Of a stretch of 64,000 nucleotides of DNA, positions 1-9,084 are shown one piece after another. Position numbers and translations under genes: made by a program. Below the pieces are notes generated by a model. That model was not told the DNA's origin. It worked only from the letters and a program-made list of their open reading frames with translations, and made no database searches. This DNA comes from an uncultured Pedosphaera sp. (GTDB lineage Bacteria; Verrucomicrobiota; Verrucomicrobiia; Limisphaerales; Pedosphaeraceae): assembly GCA_903918755.1 (NCBI GenBank), contig CAIXFN010000034.1:156618-220617 (forward strand), read 5' to 3'. Each line of letters begins with the position of its first letter. The first letter of the stretch is position 1.

Positions 1-817
1 GGTGATGCGACATCATCAACTCCGGCATTTGATTCGTCCAACCAAGCACGCGCACCCGATCGGCCAGACCGCGCGTCCGTTCCGTGAGTTTCGTCTTCAG
101 TTCCGCGTCGCGGCCCACGGTCACCGTCAAAACGACGTCGGGGATCTCCAGCAGGTGATCAATGACCTTTCCGCTCTTCTTCTTCCCGGTGTTGATGACA
201 TACAGGATTTTGCGCGGCTGCCCGAACACCGGCGGTTGGAGCGTCTCCATCGGAGCCTGGCCAAACCGATGGCTTACGGGGAAACCCAGCACTTTGATTT
301 GGTCGCCCGGCACCCCCGCCGCCTTGAGCACGTTGGCGGTCGCCTCGTTCGAGACCGAGTAAAAATCACTGGGGGCGCGAAACCAGCTGGAATTTACCGT
401 GATGGAATCCGTGACAATCGTGACAAACGCAAACGGGCGCTCGGCGTGGTCGCGGTAAATCTCCTGAATGATGTGGGCGTAAACCGGGTAGGTGGACACG
501 ACACAATCGGGCTGGGTTTCATGGAGAATGTCGCTCAAAGCATCCTTCAGGCGGGTAAAGCTGGTGAGCCGGTTTTCGATGAAGCTGGAGTTGTCCAGCA
601 GGGAATAAAGCCCCCCCCAGATCCGGGGAACGTACTGCACCATTCCCTGGTAGGCATTTTGAGCAATAGTGTTGATCGACCCGTAACTGCTCTCGAACAG
701 GTCCAGGACCTCCACCTTGACCTCCTCGGAAACCAGTTCGAGCGCCTCCCGCAGGTTTTGCGCGGCGGCATTATGGCCTCCCCCGAAGCCTGCGGTCAGT
801 ATTAGGATTTTTTTCAT
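1..817 (-). CDS. Glycosyltransferase, MGDG-synthase/UgtP-like (GT28 family); N-terminal ~270 aa, C-terminus lies beyond window start
   Basis: Reverse-complement ORF starting at ATG 817..815. It is absent from the supplied track because it has no stop inside the window. Translation: MKKILILTAGFGGGHNAAAQNLREALE...TYPVYAHII...VTIVTDS...KILYVINTGKKKSG...VLGWTNQMPELM. This matches the N-terminal and central blocks of diacylglycerol glucosyltransferase / MGDG synthase proteins. Codons are strongly GC3-biased. The listed + ORF 2..805 is its antisense shadow. Confidence 0.7.
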   Translation of the reverse strand, partial: MKKILILTAGFGGGHNAAAQNLREALELVSEEVKVEVLDLFESSYGSINTIAQNAYQGMVQYVPRIWGGLYSLLDNSSFIENRLTSFTRLKDALSDILHETQPDCVVSTYPVYAHIIQEIYRDHAERPFAFVTIVTDSITVNSSWFRAPSDFYSVSNEATANVLKAAGVPGDQIKVLGFPVSHRFGQAPMETLQPPVFGQPRKILYVINTGKKKSGKVIDHLLEIPDVVLTVTVGRDAELKTKLTERTRGLADRVRVLGWTNQMPELMMSHH

Positions 818-1134
818 TCGCCCTTAAAGTTGCTGTGGATTGTGGACCAACCGCGTTACAGTCCCGTGGCAGTCAGGTTAAAAGTTGTTCACAAGTTATT
901 CACAACGCCTTCACCAACCAAAGCCCCCATTTTCAAGCTTTTTGGTCAACCCGAACCCAATGACCGTCCTGGTGACGGAGGGCACAATCGGGGCCGCCAC
1001 GAAACCCGGGGCCTTTGCCGTAAGCCGCTGACTTGAATAAATTGGTCGTGGTATCGTCAAAAAACGGTTAACTTTACGCTTGCCAACCCGGGGTGACCGG
1101 CGGGAGGATTGGTGGGCAAACCCAGTCCAGTTTT

Positions 1135-2472
1135 ATGCTGACCATCTACGGCCAAAAAGCGCGATTTTGCGATGGCGTATCGCGCCGGAATTTTCTCCGG
1201 ATTGGCGCCTTGGGGCTGGGCGGGCTGGCACTCCCCCATTTGCTCCGGGCCGAAGCGGCTGCGGGTATCCGGCGGTCGCACAAGGCGACCATCATGATCT
1301 TCCTTCCTGGCGGGCCTTCCCATCAGGATATTTTTGATCTGAAAATGGATGCCCCTGCGGAAATCCGGGGCGAATTTAAACCCATCAAGACGAACGTGCC
1401 CGGCATCCAAATCTGCGAGCACCTGCCGCGCCTCGCGGCCATGATGGACAAGCTCGTGCTCATCCGATCAATCGTCGGGGCACGGGACAATCACGACGCT
1501 TTCCAATGCCAGACGGGTCGCCTGAATACGAACCAGCCTCCCGGCGGCTGGCCCTCCCTCGGTTCCGTACTCTCCAAACTAAACGGACCGGTGGATCCCT
1601 CGGTGCCGCCGTTCATCGGCCTGGCTCCCCGCATGGGCCATATGGAATGGGCGGATCCCGGTAAAGCCGGTTTTCTGGGATTGGCCCATGCCCCCTTCAA
1701 ACCGGACGGCGCGGGCAAGGCGGACATGGTTCTGCAAGGCGTTACCCTGGATCGGCTGGCCGATCGCAAGGGATTGCTGGCGGGCTTTGACCAGTTCCGC
1801 CGCGATGTGGACGCGACCGGCTTGATGGGGGGACTGGATGCCTTCAACGCGCAGGCCTTTGGCTTGCTGACTTCCAGCAAGTTGCTGGAGGCGCTGGATT
1901 TGAGCCGGGAGGATCGCCGCGTCGTGGAAATGTACGGTAAAGGCGACCCCAAAAACCGGGATGACGGCGGACCAAAGCTGATGGAACACTTTCTCACTGC
2001 CCGCCGTTTGGTGGAAGCCGGTGCCCGTTGCGTGACCCTGGCCTTCAGTCGATGGGATCATCACGGGGATAATTTTGGCGCGCTCCGGCAGGATCTGCCG
2101 CTCTTGGACCAGGGACTCAGTGCCTTGATCGAGGATTTGCACCAACGCGGGATGGATCAGGATGTCTCGGTCGTGGTGTGGGGCGAATTCGGGCGTTCGC
2201 CGACCATCAATAAAGACGGGGGACGCGATCACTGGCCCCGGGTCTCTTGCGCGGCCTTGGCGGGCGGCGGCATGAAAACCGGGCAGGTGATCGGGGCGAC
2301 GGACCGGCTGGGGGGCGAGGCGGTGGAACGGCCGGTGCAATTCGGGGAAGTATTCGCAACTCTCTATCACAACCTGGGGATTGATGTCACCAAAGCCACC
2401 ATCCCCGACCTTTCCGGCCGGCCCCGCTATCTGGTGGAAGACGGCTGCCTGCCCCTTCCGGAACTTATTTAA
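1135..2472 (+). CDS. DUF1501 domain protein (sulfatase-like, Tat signal [14 protein letters not shown])
   Basis: ORF 1093..2472; likely start is the internal M at 1135 ([21 protein letters not shown]...), chosen by alignment with the downstream paralog. Twin-arginine motif present, with the sulfatase-like fold blocks typical of DUF1501 ([10 protein letters not shown]..., [18 protein letters not shown]). Confidence 0.85.
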   Translation: MLTIYGQKARFCDGVSRRNFLRIGALGLGGLALPHLLRAEAAAGIRRSHKATIMIFLPGGPSHQDIFDLKMDAPAEIRGEFKPIKTNVPGIQICEHLPRLAAMMDKLVLIRSIVGARDNHDAFQCQTGRLNTNQPPGGWPSLGSVLSKLNGPVDPSVPPFIGLAPRMGHMEWADPGKAGFLGLAHAPFKPDGAGKADMVLQGVTLDRLADRKGLLAGFDQFRRDVDATGLMGGLDAFNAQAFGLLTSSKLLEALDLSREDRRVVEMYGKGDPKNRDDGGPKLMEHFLTARRLVEAGARCVTLAFSRWDHHGDNFGALRQDLPLLDQGLSALIEDLHQRGMDQDVSVVVWGEFGRSPTINKDGGRDHWPRVSCAALAGGGMKTGQVIGATDRLGGEAVERPVQFGEVFATLYHNLGIDVTKATIPDLSGRPRYLVEDGCLPLPELI

Positions 2473-2475
2473 CCC

Positions 2476-3807
2476 ATGCTGACCATCCATGGCCAACGGC
2501 ACCGGTTTTGCGACGGGGTTTCGCGCCGCAACTTTCTTAAGATCGGGGCGCTGGGCCTCGGTGGATTAACCCTGCCCCAGTTACTCCGCGCGGAAGCGCA
2601 GAGCGGTGTGGGAAAATCGCACAAGGCGATCATCATGATCTACCTGCCCGGCGGTCCGCCGCATCAGGACATGTTTGATCTGAAGATGGATGCGCCCGCG
2701 GAAATTCGCGGGGAATTCCGACCTATTCCGACCAAGGTCCCCGGAATCCAGATTTGTGAGCACCTGCCGCGCCTGGCCGGAATGATGGATAAACTGGTGC
2801 CGATCCGGTCCATTTCCGACGCGGTGGATGATCATTCCGATTTCATGTGCCTGATCGGTCGCTCCAAGCGCAACCAACCGCCCGGGGGCTGGCCCTCGTT
2901 TGGCTCGACGGTTTCCAAGCTCCTTGGGCCGGTGGACCCGGCCGTACCGCCCTTCATCGGGCTGGAACCGCGGATGCAGCATCATGAATATAACGATGCC
3001 ACGCCCGGATTTTTGGGTTTGAGCCACCGCTCCTTCAGCCCGGACGGCAGCGGCAAGGCCGACATGGTCTTGAACGGCGTGAATCTCGACCGACTGGCGG
3101 ATCGCAAAACCCTGCTGGCGGGCTTTGACCAATTCCGCCGGGATGTGGATGCCAGTGGTTTGATGGCCGGGATGGATTCCTTCAACCAGCAAGCCTTTGG
3201 CATGCTCACGTCCAGCAAACTGCTGGAAGCGCTGGACCTGACGAAGGAAGACCGCCGGGTGCGCGAACTTTATGGCAAGGGCGACCCCAAGCCGCATGGC
3301 GACGCGGCGCCCATGATGATGGAACAGTTTCTGACCGCCCGTCGGCTCGTCGAAGCCGGGGCACGGTGTGTGACAGTCGCGTTCGGCTTTTGGGATTATC
3401 ACGGTAACAACCATCAAAATGCCCGGCAGGATTTGCCGCTATTGGATCAGGGAGTGGCGGCACTGGTCACGGACTTGCATGAGCGCGGGCTGGACAAGGA
3501 TGTCTCCGTGGTGGTCTGGGGCGAATTCGGACGCTCACCCACCATCAACAAAGATGCTGGCCGGGATCATTGGCCGCGAGTTTCCTGCGCCCTGCTGGCC
3601 GGCGGTGGAATGCGCACCGGACAGGTGATCGGGGCCACCGACCGGCTCGGTGGGGAACCGGCGGACCGGCCGGTGGCGTTCGGCGAAGTCTTCGCCACCC
3701 TGTATCACAACCTGGGAATTGATGTAAACAAGGCCACCATCAACGACCTCTCCGGGCGGCCGCGCTATCTGGTGGACGGGCATCAACCGATGAAGGAGCT
3801 GATTTGA
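2476..3807 (+). CDS. DUF1501 domain protein, tandem paralog of the upstream gene
   Basis: ORF 2476..3807. N-terminus [30 protein letters not shown] is near-identical to the gene at 1135; roughly 70% identity by eye along the full length. Only 3 nt separate it from the upstream stop. Confidence 0.85.
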   Translation: MLTIHGQRHRFCDGVSRRNFLKIGALGLGGLTLPQLLRAEAQSGVGKSHKAIIMIYLPGGPPHQDMFDLKMDAPAEIRGEFRPIPTKVPGIQICEHLPRLAGMMDKLVPIRSISDAVDDHSDFMCLIGRSKRNQPPGGWPSFGSTVSKLLGPVDPAVPPFIGLEPRMQHHEYNDATPGFLGLSHRSFSPDGSGKADMVLNGVNLDRLADRKTLLAGFDQFRRDVDASGLMAGMDSFNQQAFGMLTSSKLLEALDLTKEDRRVRELYGKGDPKPHGDAAPMMMEQFLTARRLVEAGARCVTVAFGFWDYHGNNHQNARQDLPLLDQGVAALVTDLHERGLDKDVSVVVWGEFGRSPTINKDAGRDHWPRVSCALLAGGGMRTGQVIGATDRLGGEPADRPVAFGEVFATLYHNLGIDVNKATINDLSGRPRYLVDGHQPMKELI

Positions 3808-6308
3808 AAAAGCGCCGGTTTTTACCGCTGGCGGGAGTCTGGGCGGGCCTGTGCCTGGCCGGATCGCTTTTTGCCGCCCCCGTGGAGAAGCCCGCGGAAA
3901 TTACCCGCCTGGAGATTTTTCTCCCCGCCGCGAAAGACGCGGAAACCAACGCCCCATTCCTGCTTCGGGGAGCCGATGCCCGGCAACAATTGCTGGTCAA
4001 CGCAACGTTGGATAACGGCGCGTTGCGCGATTTCAGCCGGGCCGTGACTTACGAAACCACCCCCACCGGTGTGGTGGCAGTCAGCCCCACGGGAAGGGTC
4101 ACGCCCCTGGCGGACGGCACCGCTACCATTACTGCCAAAATCGCGGGCGGGAAATCTGCCGCCCGAACGATCAAGGTCACGGACTTCGACCAGGTAGCCC
4201 CGATCAATTTCCCCAATCAGATTGTTCCCATTTTCACCAAAACAGGTTGCAATGCCGGCGGATGCCATGGGAAGGCCAGCGGGCAAAATGGTTTCAAGCT
4301 GTCGCTGCTGGGCTTTGAACCCGCGGAAGATTATGAGCATCTGACCCGCGAGGCCCGGGGTCGGCGCATTTTTCCGGCCGCGCCAGATCGCAGCCTACTA
4401 TTGCAAAAGGCCACGGCCTTGTTGCCGCACGGGGGTGGCAAGCGCCTCGACGCGGATTCGGATGATTATAAATTATTGATCCGTTGGATCAATCAGGGCA
4501 TGCCATATGGCCAGCCGAATGATCCCACGGTGGCCGGTATTGAAGTTTTTCCCCGGGAGCGCAAGCTGTCGGCCGAAGGCGAACAGCAGATGGTGGTGAT
4601 GGCCCGCTATTCTGATGGGAGCATCGAGGATGTGACGCGGAGCGCCTTGTTCGAACCCAATGACAAGGATCTGGGCCGGACCGATGGTACCGGCCGGCTC
4701 CAGGTCTTCAACCAACCCGGCGATGTCGCGGTAATGATCCGTTACCAATCCAAGGTGGCCGTTTTCCGCGCAACCGTCCCACTGGGCGCACCCGTCACCA
4801 ACCTTCCTCCCGTCCGCAATTTTATCGATGAATTGGTCTTCCAGAAACTCCAGGCCGTGGGCATGCCGCCGTCCGCGCCTTGCGATGACACCACCTTTAT
4901 CCGGCGCAGCACGGTGGACATCGCCGGACGGCTGCCCAGTGCCGACGAAGTCCGGCACTTCCTCGCCGATCCCGCTCCCGCCAAGCGCGATCATTGGATT
5001 GACCAATTGCTCGACAGTCCGGAGTACGCCGATTATTTCGCCAACAAGTGGAGCGCCTTGCTGCGCAACAAGCGGGATGAGGCAACGCATACCCGGGGCA
5101 CTTTCGCGTTCTATGATTGGATCCGCGACAGCCTCCTGGTCAACAAACCCTATGACCAATTCGCGCGGGCGATCATTACGGCCTCGGGTGATTTGACCGA
5201 AAATCCCCCGGTGGCGTGGTACCGGCAGGTGAATAGTCCCAACGCGCAATTGGAGGACACCGCACAATTGTTCCTCGGGCTGCGTCTGCAATGCGCCCAG
5301 TGCCACCATCATCCCTACGAAAAATGGAGCCAGCACGATTACTACAGCCTGGCGGCGTTCTTCTCCCAGGTGGGCCGGAAACCCGGCGGGCAACCGGGCG
5401 AGGAAATCATTTATCCCCGGCGCGGGCTGGCCACCGCGGTCAACAAGAAGACGAAGCAACCCGTTCCCCCCGCCGGGCTGGGCACCACCCCGGCGCGCCT
5501 CACCGCGGACAGCGACCCCCGGGAAGCGCTGGCGGATTGGTTGTCCAGCAAAGACAACCCGTTCTTTGCGAAGGCTCTCGTCAACCGCTATTGGAAACAT
5601 TTTTTTAATCGCGGACTGGTCGATCCCGAGGACGACATGCGGGAAACCAATCCGCCGACCAATCCGGAATTGCTCGCCGCGCTGGCCCAACATTTCCAGG
5701 CGAGCGGTTACGACTTGAAGGGGCTGATCCGCACGATCTGCCAATCCCAGGTTTACCAATTGAGTTCCGTCCCCAACGCATTTAACGCCGTCGATAAACA
5801 ATACTATTCGCGCTATTATCCAAAACGCCTGACGGCCGAGGTGCTGCTGGATGCCGTGGATACCATTACCCAGTCGGGCAGCCGGTTTGAAGGATTGCCC
5901 GCCGGCACGCGCGCGGTGCAATTGCCGGACAACAGTTTCAACACCGCCTCTTATTTCCTGGCCGTCTTTGGCCGCCCCGAAGCGTCAAGTTCCTGTGAAT
6001 GCGAGCGCTCCCAGGATGCCAGCCTGGCCCAGTGCCTCCACCTGCTGAATTCCAAGGAAGTGCAGGATAAACTCGGCGATCCCAAGGGTTGCGCCGCGCG
6101 CCTGGCGGTGGCGCCACCGCCGGAGGACCGGCAAAACCTCACCCGGCTTTACGAGACCGTTTACGCGCGGTCACCTGAGCCCCGCGAGTTGGAGCTGGCC
6201 CTTGGTTACCTGGCGAAGAAGGCCACTACGCCCGCTGCCCGCCTGGCCGCCTACGAAGACATCGTCTGGGCCTTGATCAATACGAAGGAATTCCTCTTCA
6301 ACCACTAG
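3804..6308 (+). CDS. Big_2 + DUF1549 (PSCyt2) + DUF1553 (PSD1) protein
   Basis: TTG start overlaps the upstream TGA (TTGA). Signal peptide, an Ig-like Big_2 block (TATITAKIAGGKSAARTIKVTD), the DUF1549 hallmark TGCNAGGCHGKASGQNGFKLSLLGFEP, and a DUF1553-type C-terminal half (LQCAQCHHHPYEKWSQHDYY...). Confidence 0.85.
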   Translation: MKKRRFLPLAGVWAGLCLAGSLFAAPVEKPAEITRLEIFLPAAKDAETNAPFLLRGADARQQLLVNATLDNGALRDFSRAVTYETTPTGVVAVSPTGRVTPLADGTATITAKIAGGKSAARTIKVTDFDQVAPINFPNQIVPIFTKTGCNAGGCHGKASGQNGFKLSLLGFEPAEDYEHLTREARGRRIFPAAPDRSLLLQKATALLPHGGGKRLDADSDDYKLLIRWINQGMPYGQPNDPTVAGIEVFPRERKLSAEGEQQMVVMARYSDGSIEDVTRSALFEPNDKDLGRTDGTGRLQVFNQPGDVAVMIRYQSKVAVFRATVPLGAPVTNLPPVRNFIDELVFQKLQAVGMPPSAPCDDTTFIRRSTVDIAGRLPSADEVRHFLADPAPAKRDHWIDQLLDSPEYADYFANKWSALLRNKRDEATHTRGTFAFYDWIRDSLLVNKPYDQFARAIITASGDLTENPPVAWYRQVNSPNAQLEDTAQLFLGLRLQCAQCHHHPYEKWSQHDYYSLAAFFSQVGRKPGGQPGEEIIYPRRGLATAVNKKTKQPVPPAGLGTTPARLTADSDPREALADWLSSKDNPFFAKALVNRYWKHFFNRGLVDPEDDMRETNPPTNPELLAALAQHFQASGYDLKGLIRTICQSQVYQLSSVPNAFNAVDKQYYSRYYPKRLTAEVLLDAVDTITQSGSRFEGLPAGTRAVQLPDNSFNTASYFLAVFGRPEASSSCECERSQDASLAQCLHLLNSKEVQDKLGDPKGCAARLAVAPPPEDRQNLTRLYETVYARSPEPRELELALGYLAKKATTPAARLAAYEDIVWALINTKEFLFNH

Positions 6309-6315
6309 TCCACGC

Positions 6316-9084
6316 GTGCGATTGCCAATGGCTGATAATCAGGGTGCGCGCGGAAACCGGGGGCTGGTTTGGGGGATCCAGTTGCTTGCGCTCCTATTCC
6401 TCCCCTGGACGGTGGCGGCCCAATTGCCCACGGCGCGGTTGCTGACGCTCTCGCCGCCGGGGGGAATGATTGGCAGCACAGTTGAGGTTACCGTCGTCGG
6501 GCAGGACTTGAACGCCGCGACCCGGCTGTCGTTTAACACTTCTGCCATTACGTCGGAACTTCGCGCGGGAGATGACCCCAATTCCCCGGACACTCACACG
6601 TTTATTCTTCATGTGGCGACCAATGCCCCACCGGGCATTTATGAAGCGCGCGTAGTGGGCCGTTTCGGCATCTCCAACCCGCGCGCCTTTGTGGTCGGCG
6701 ACCGGCCGGAAGTCCTGGCCCCGGCCACGAACGAAACCCTGGCTTCCGCCGCGCCGCTCGCGACCGGGACAACGGTGGATGGCCATGCCAGCGCGGGGGT
6801 GGCGCAGTATTTCAAAATCGCGGCCCGCGTCCACGAGCGGCTCATCATCACCTGCCAGGCCGGGGAGATTGATTCTCGACTGGTTCCCAACCTGCTGCTT
6901 TATGATGCGAATGGCCGGGAGCTGGAACGGGGCCGACGGAATGGCCTGATTGATTACACGCCCACCACGGATGGCCCGCTGGTGCTAAAGCTATCTGACG
7001 CCAGTTTTCGCGGTGGGGGCGAATTTTTTTACCGCCTCTCCGCGGGCACCGGACCACATCTGCACTTTGCTTACCCGCCGGCCGGAGTGCCTGGCACCCG
7101 GGCAAAATTCACGCTCTACGGTCGCAATCTACCCGGCGGCACCCCTTCTGGAGAAACCGGGATGGATGGCAAACACCTGGACCAACTGGCCGTGGAAATT
7201 GATTTACCGGCGGACGTCCACGCGGAAAGTCCCGGCACGATTGGCGGCTCCGTCGCGGGCGTGGGTCTGCGCGATTTTGCGTATGCGCTATCCTCCCCCC
7301 AGGGAATATCGAATCCCTTGCGGATTAGTTTGGCCAGTGCCCCTCTGATGGCATCGCCCGCAACCAATTCACCCGGCGATCCCGCCCTGCAACTCACCCT
7401 GCCCGGTGAGTGGGCCGGGCGATTTGCCCCGCGCGGTGGCTGGAGTTCCGCGAACTTTACCGCGAAAAAAGGGGACACTTACCGGGTCGAGGTTTACTCC
7501 CACCGTCTCGGCTGGGCCACGGCCCCTTTTGTGGTCATTCAACGCGTTTCCAAAAACGAAAAAGGGGAGGAGCAAATCTCCGAAGTGCAGGAATTGACCG
7601 GAGCGGATACCAATCTCGGCGGGGTGGAATACAAATCCGCTCATCGGGATCCGGCGGGACGCTTCTCCACGCCGGAGGACGGCACCTACCGTGTGCGGAT
7701 CCGCGACCAATTCGCGAATGCGTCGGCCGCAACTCCCCCAGTATTCCGGATCGCTTTACGCCGGGAGAACCCCGATTTCGACCTGCTGGTGGCGGCGCCC
7801 GCTCCGCCGCCCGCCAACAAGGATACCAAGGAAGCCCAGGTATGGACTCCGTTCCTGCGCCGGGGGGAGACTCAACCGCTGAAAGTCACTGCCTTCCGCC
7901 ACGACGATTTCACCGGAGAAATCCAGCTCCGTGTGGAAGGTTTGCCGCGGGGCATCACAGTGGGGCCGGCCCATATTGAAAAAGACAAGAACATCGCCAC
8001 CGTCCTGCTGACCGCCAGCGCCGAAGTCAGTGAATGGGCCGGTCCGATTCAAATTTTGGGGAAAGCGATGATTGCCGGCACCGAGACGACGCGAGTGGCC
8101 CACGCAGCCACCGTGCGCTGGACCGTGCCGGATTACAACACGGAGGCGGTATTCTCCCGCTTGACGGCCGATTTTGCCGTGGCGGCCAGCGGCGTGGAAT
8201 CCGCCCCTTTAAGCATTTCACCCGCCGAGAATAAAATCTGGGAGGTCCCCGCCGGTGGCAAACTCACGATTCCATTGCGGGTGGTGCGCAATGGTGATTT
8301 TGGTGCCACCCTCAAAATGAAAGCCACCGGATTCGCCGGCCTCGACTCACTAAAAGAAATTGAAATCGCCGGGTCAGCCACGAATGCCACTTTCGACCTC
8401 GAACTGGGAGAGCACAAGCTCGACCCCGGTACCTATACCTTTCATCTCACCACGCAAACGACCGGTAAATACCGGCGTCTGGCGGAACTGGCCAAATACG
8501 CGGAAGAACTCGCCCAAACCGCCGAAAAAATGGCGAACGAAGCCAGCCAGGCGGTGAAGACTACGGCCGAAGCGAGTCAGGCGGCGGCGAAAGCAATGTT
8601 TACCGCAGAAACTCAACGCAAAGAGGCGGCGACGGCACTCGCCCAAACTGAACAGGCCGTGAAGGAAGCGGCCGAAATGGTGCGGAAGGCCGAGGAAAAA
8701 CTGGCCGCCGCCACCGCCGCCCAATCCGCTCAAACGGACGCTGCCGATTTGGTTGCAGCAAAAAATGCGGCGATGGCAGCATTGGAAAAAGCCCGGGACC
8801 GAAACCAGTCGGCCCAGGAAGCCCAAGCAACCGCCGCCGCCCGCGCCGCCGAGGCGGGGAAATCGGTCGAGCGGGCTGCGGCAGCCCGGCAATTGGCCAC
8901 CACCGCGGAAACGGAAGCCAAGAGCCGTCTCCCGGCGGCCGAGGCGAAACGCGACGCGGCCAAAAAGCGCTCCCAGGAGGCCGCCAAGACGTCCGAACCC
9001 CGGGATGTCACGATCACTGTCCACTCGGCTCCCATCACGATTCAGGTCACCCCTGCACCCGCCGGGAAACCCGCCGCCAAATGA
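6316..9084 (+). CDS. Secreted hypothetical protein with a C-terminal Ala/Glu/Lys-rich coiled-coil tail of ~230 aa
   Basis: 922-aa ORF. Hydrophobic signal segment LVWGIQLLALLFLPWTVAAQ, a beta-rich N-terminal ~690 aa, then a low-complexity coiled coil (AEKMANEASQAVKTTAEASQAAAKAM...AEAKRDAAKKRSQEAAKT). It sits between two coupled genes in the same operon. Confidence 0.6.
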   Translation: MRLPMADNQGARGNRGLVWGIQLLALLFLPWTVAAQLPTARLLTLSPPGGMIGSTVEVTVVGQDLNAATRLSFNTSAITSELRAGDDPNSPDTHTFILHVATNAPPGIYEARVVGRFGISNPRAFVVGDRPEVLAPATNETLASAAPLATGTTVDGHASAGVAQYFKIAARVHERLIITCQAGEIDSRLVPNLLLYDANGRELERGRRNGLIDYTPTTDGPLVLKLSDASFRGGGEFFYRLSAGTGPHLHFAYPPAGVPGTRAKFTLYGRNLPGGTPSGETGMDGKHLDQLAVEIDLPADVHAESPGTIGGSVAGVGLRDFAYALSSPQGISNPLRISLASAPLMASPATNSPGDPALQLTLPGEWAGRFAPRGGWSSANFTAKKGDTYRVEVYSHRLGWATAPFVVIQRVSKNEKGEEQISEVQELTGADTNLGGVEYKSAHRDPAGRFSTPEDGTYRVRIRDQFANASAATPPVFRIALRRENPDFDLLVAAPAPPPANKDTKEAQVWTPFLRRGETQPLKVTAFRHDDFTGEIQLRVEGLPRGITVGPAHIEKDKNIATVLLTASAEVSEWAGPIQILGKAMIAGTETTRVAHAATVRWTVPDYNTEAVFSRLTADFAVAASGVESAPLSISPAENKIWEVPAGGKLTIPLRVVRNGDFGATLKMKATGFAGLDSLKEIEIAGSATNATFDLELGEHKLDPGTYTFHLTTQTTGKYRRLAELAKYAEELAQTAEKMANEASQAVKTTAEASQAAAKAMFTAETQRKEAATALAQTEQAVKEAAEMVRKAEEKLAAATAAQSAQTDAADLVAAKNAAMAALEKARDRNQSAQEAQATAAARAAEAGKSVERAAAARQLATTAETEAKSRLPAAEAKRDAAKKRSQEAAKTSEPRDVTITVHSAPITIQVTPAPAGKPAAK

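Noticed and set aside
2-805. 267-aa plus-strand ORF at the window start
   Set aside because: It is the antisense shadow of the minus-strand MGDG-synthase-like gene, which has clear family motifs and proper codon bias. The plus ORF is Arg/His/Leu-rich junk.
1579-3417. Minus-strand ORFs of 307 and 278 aa inside the DUF1501 genes
   Set aside because: Antisense to well-supported genes, with Gly/Arg/His-rich composition typical of high-GC shadow frames.
4473-5921. 482-aa minus-strand ORF
   Set aside because: Lies wholly within the DUF1549/DUF1553 gene on the opposite strand. No motifs, shadow-frame composition.
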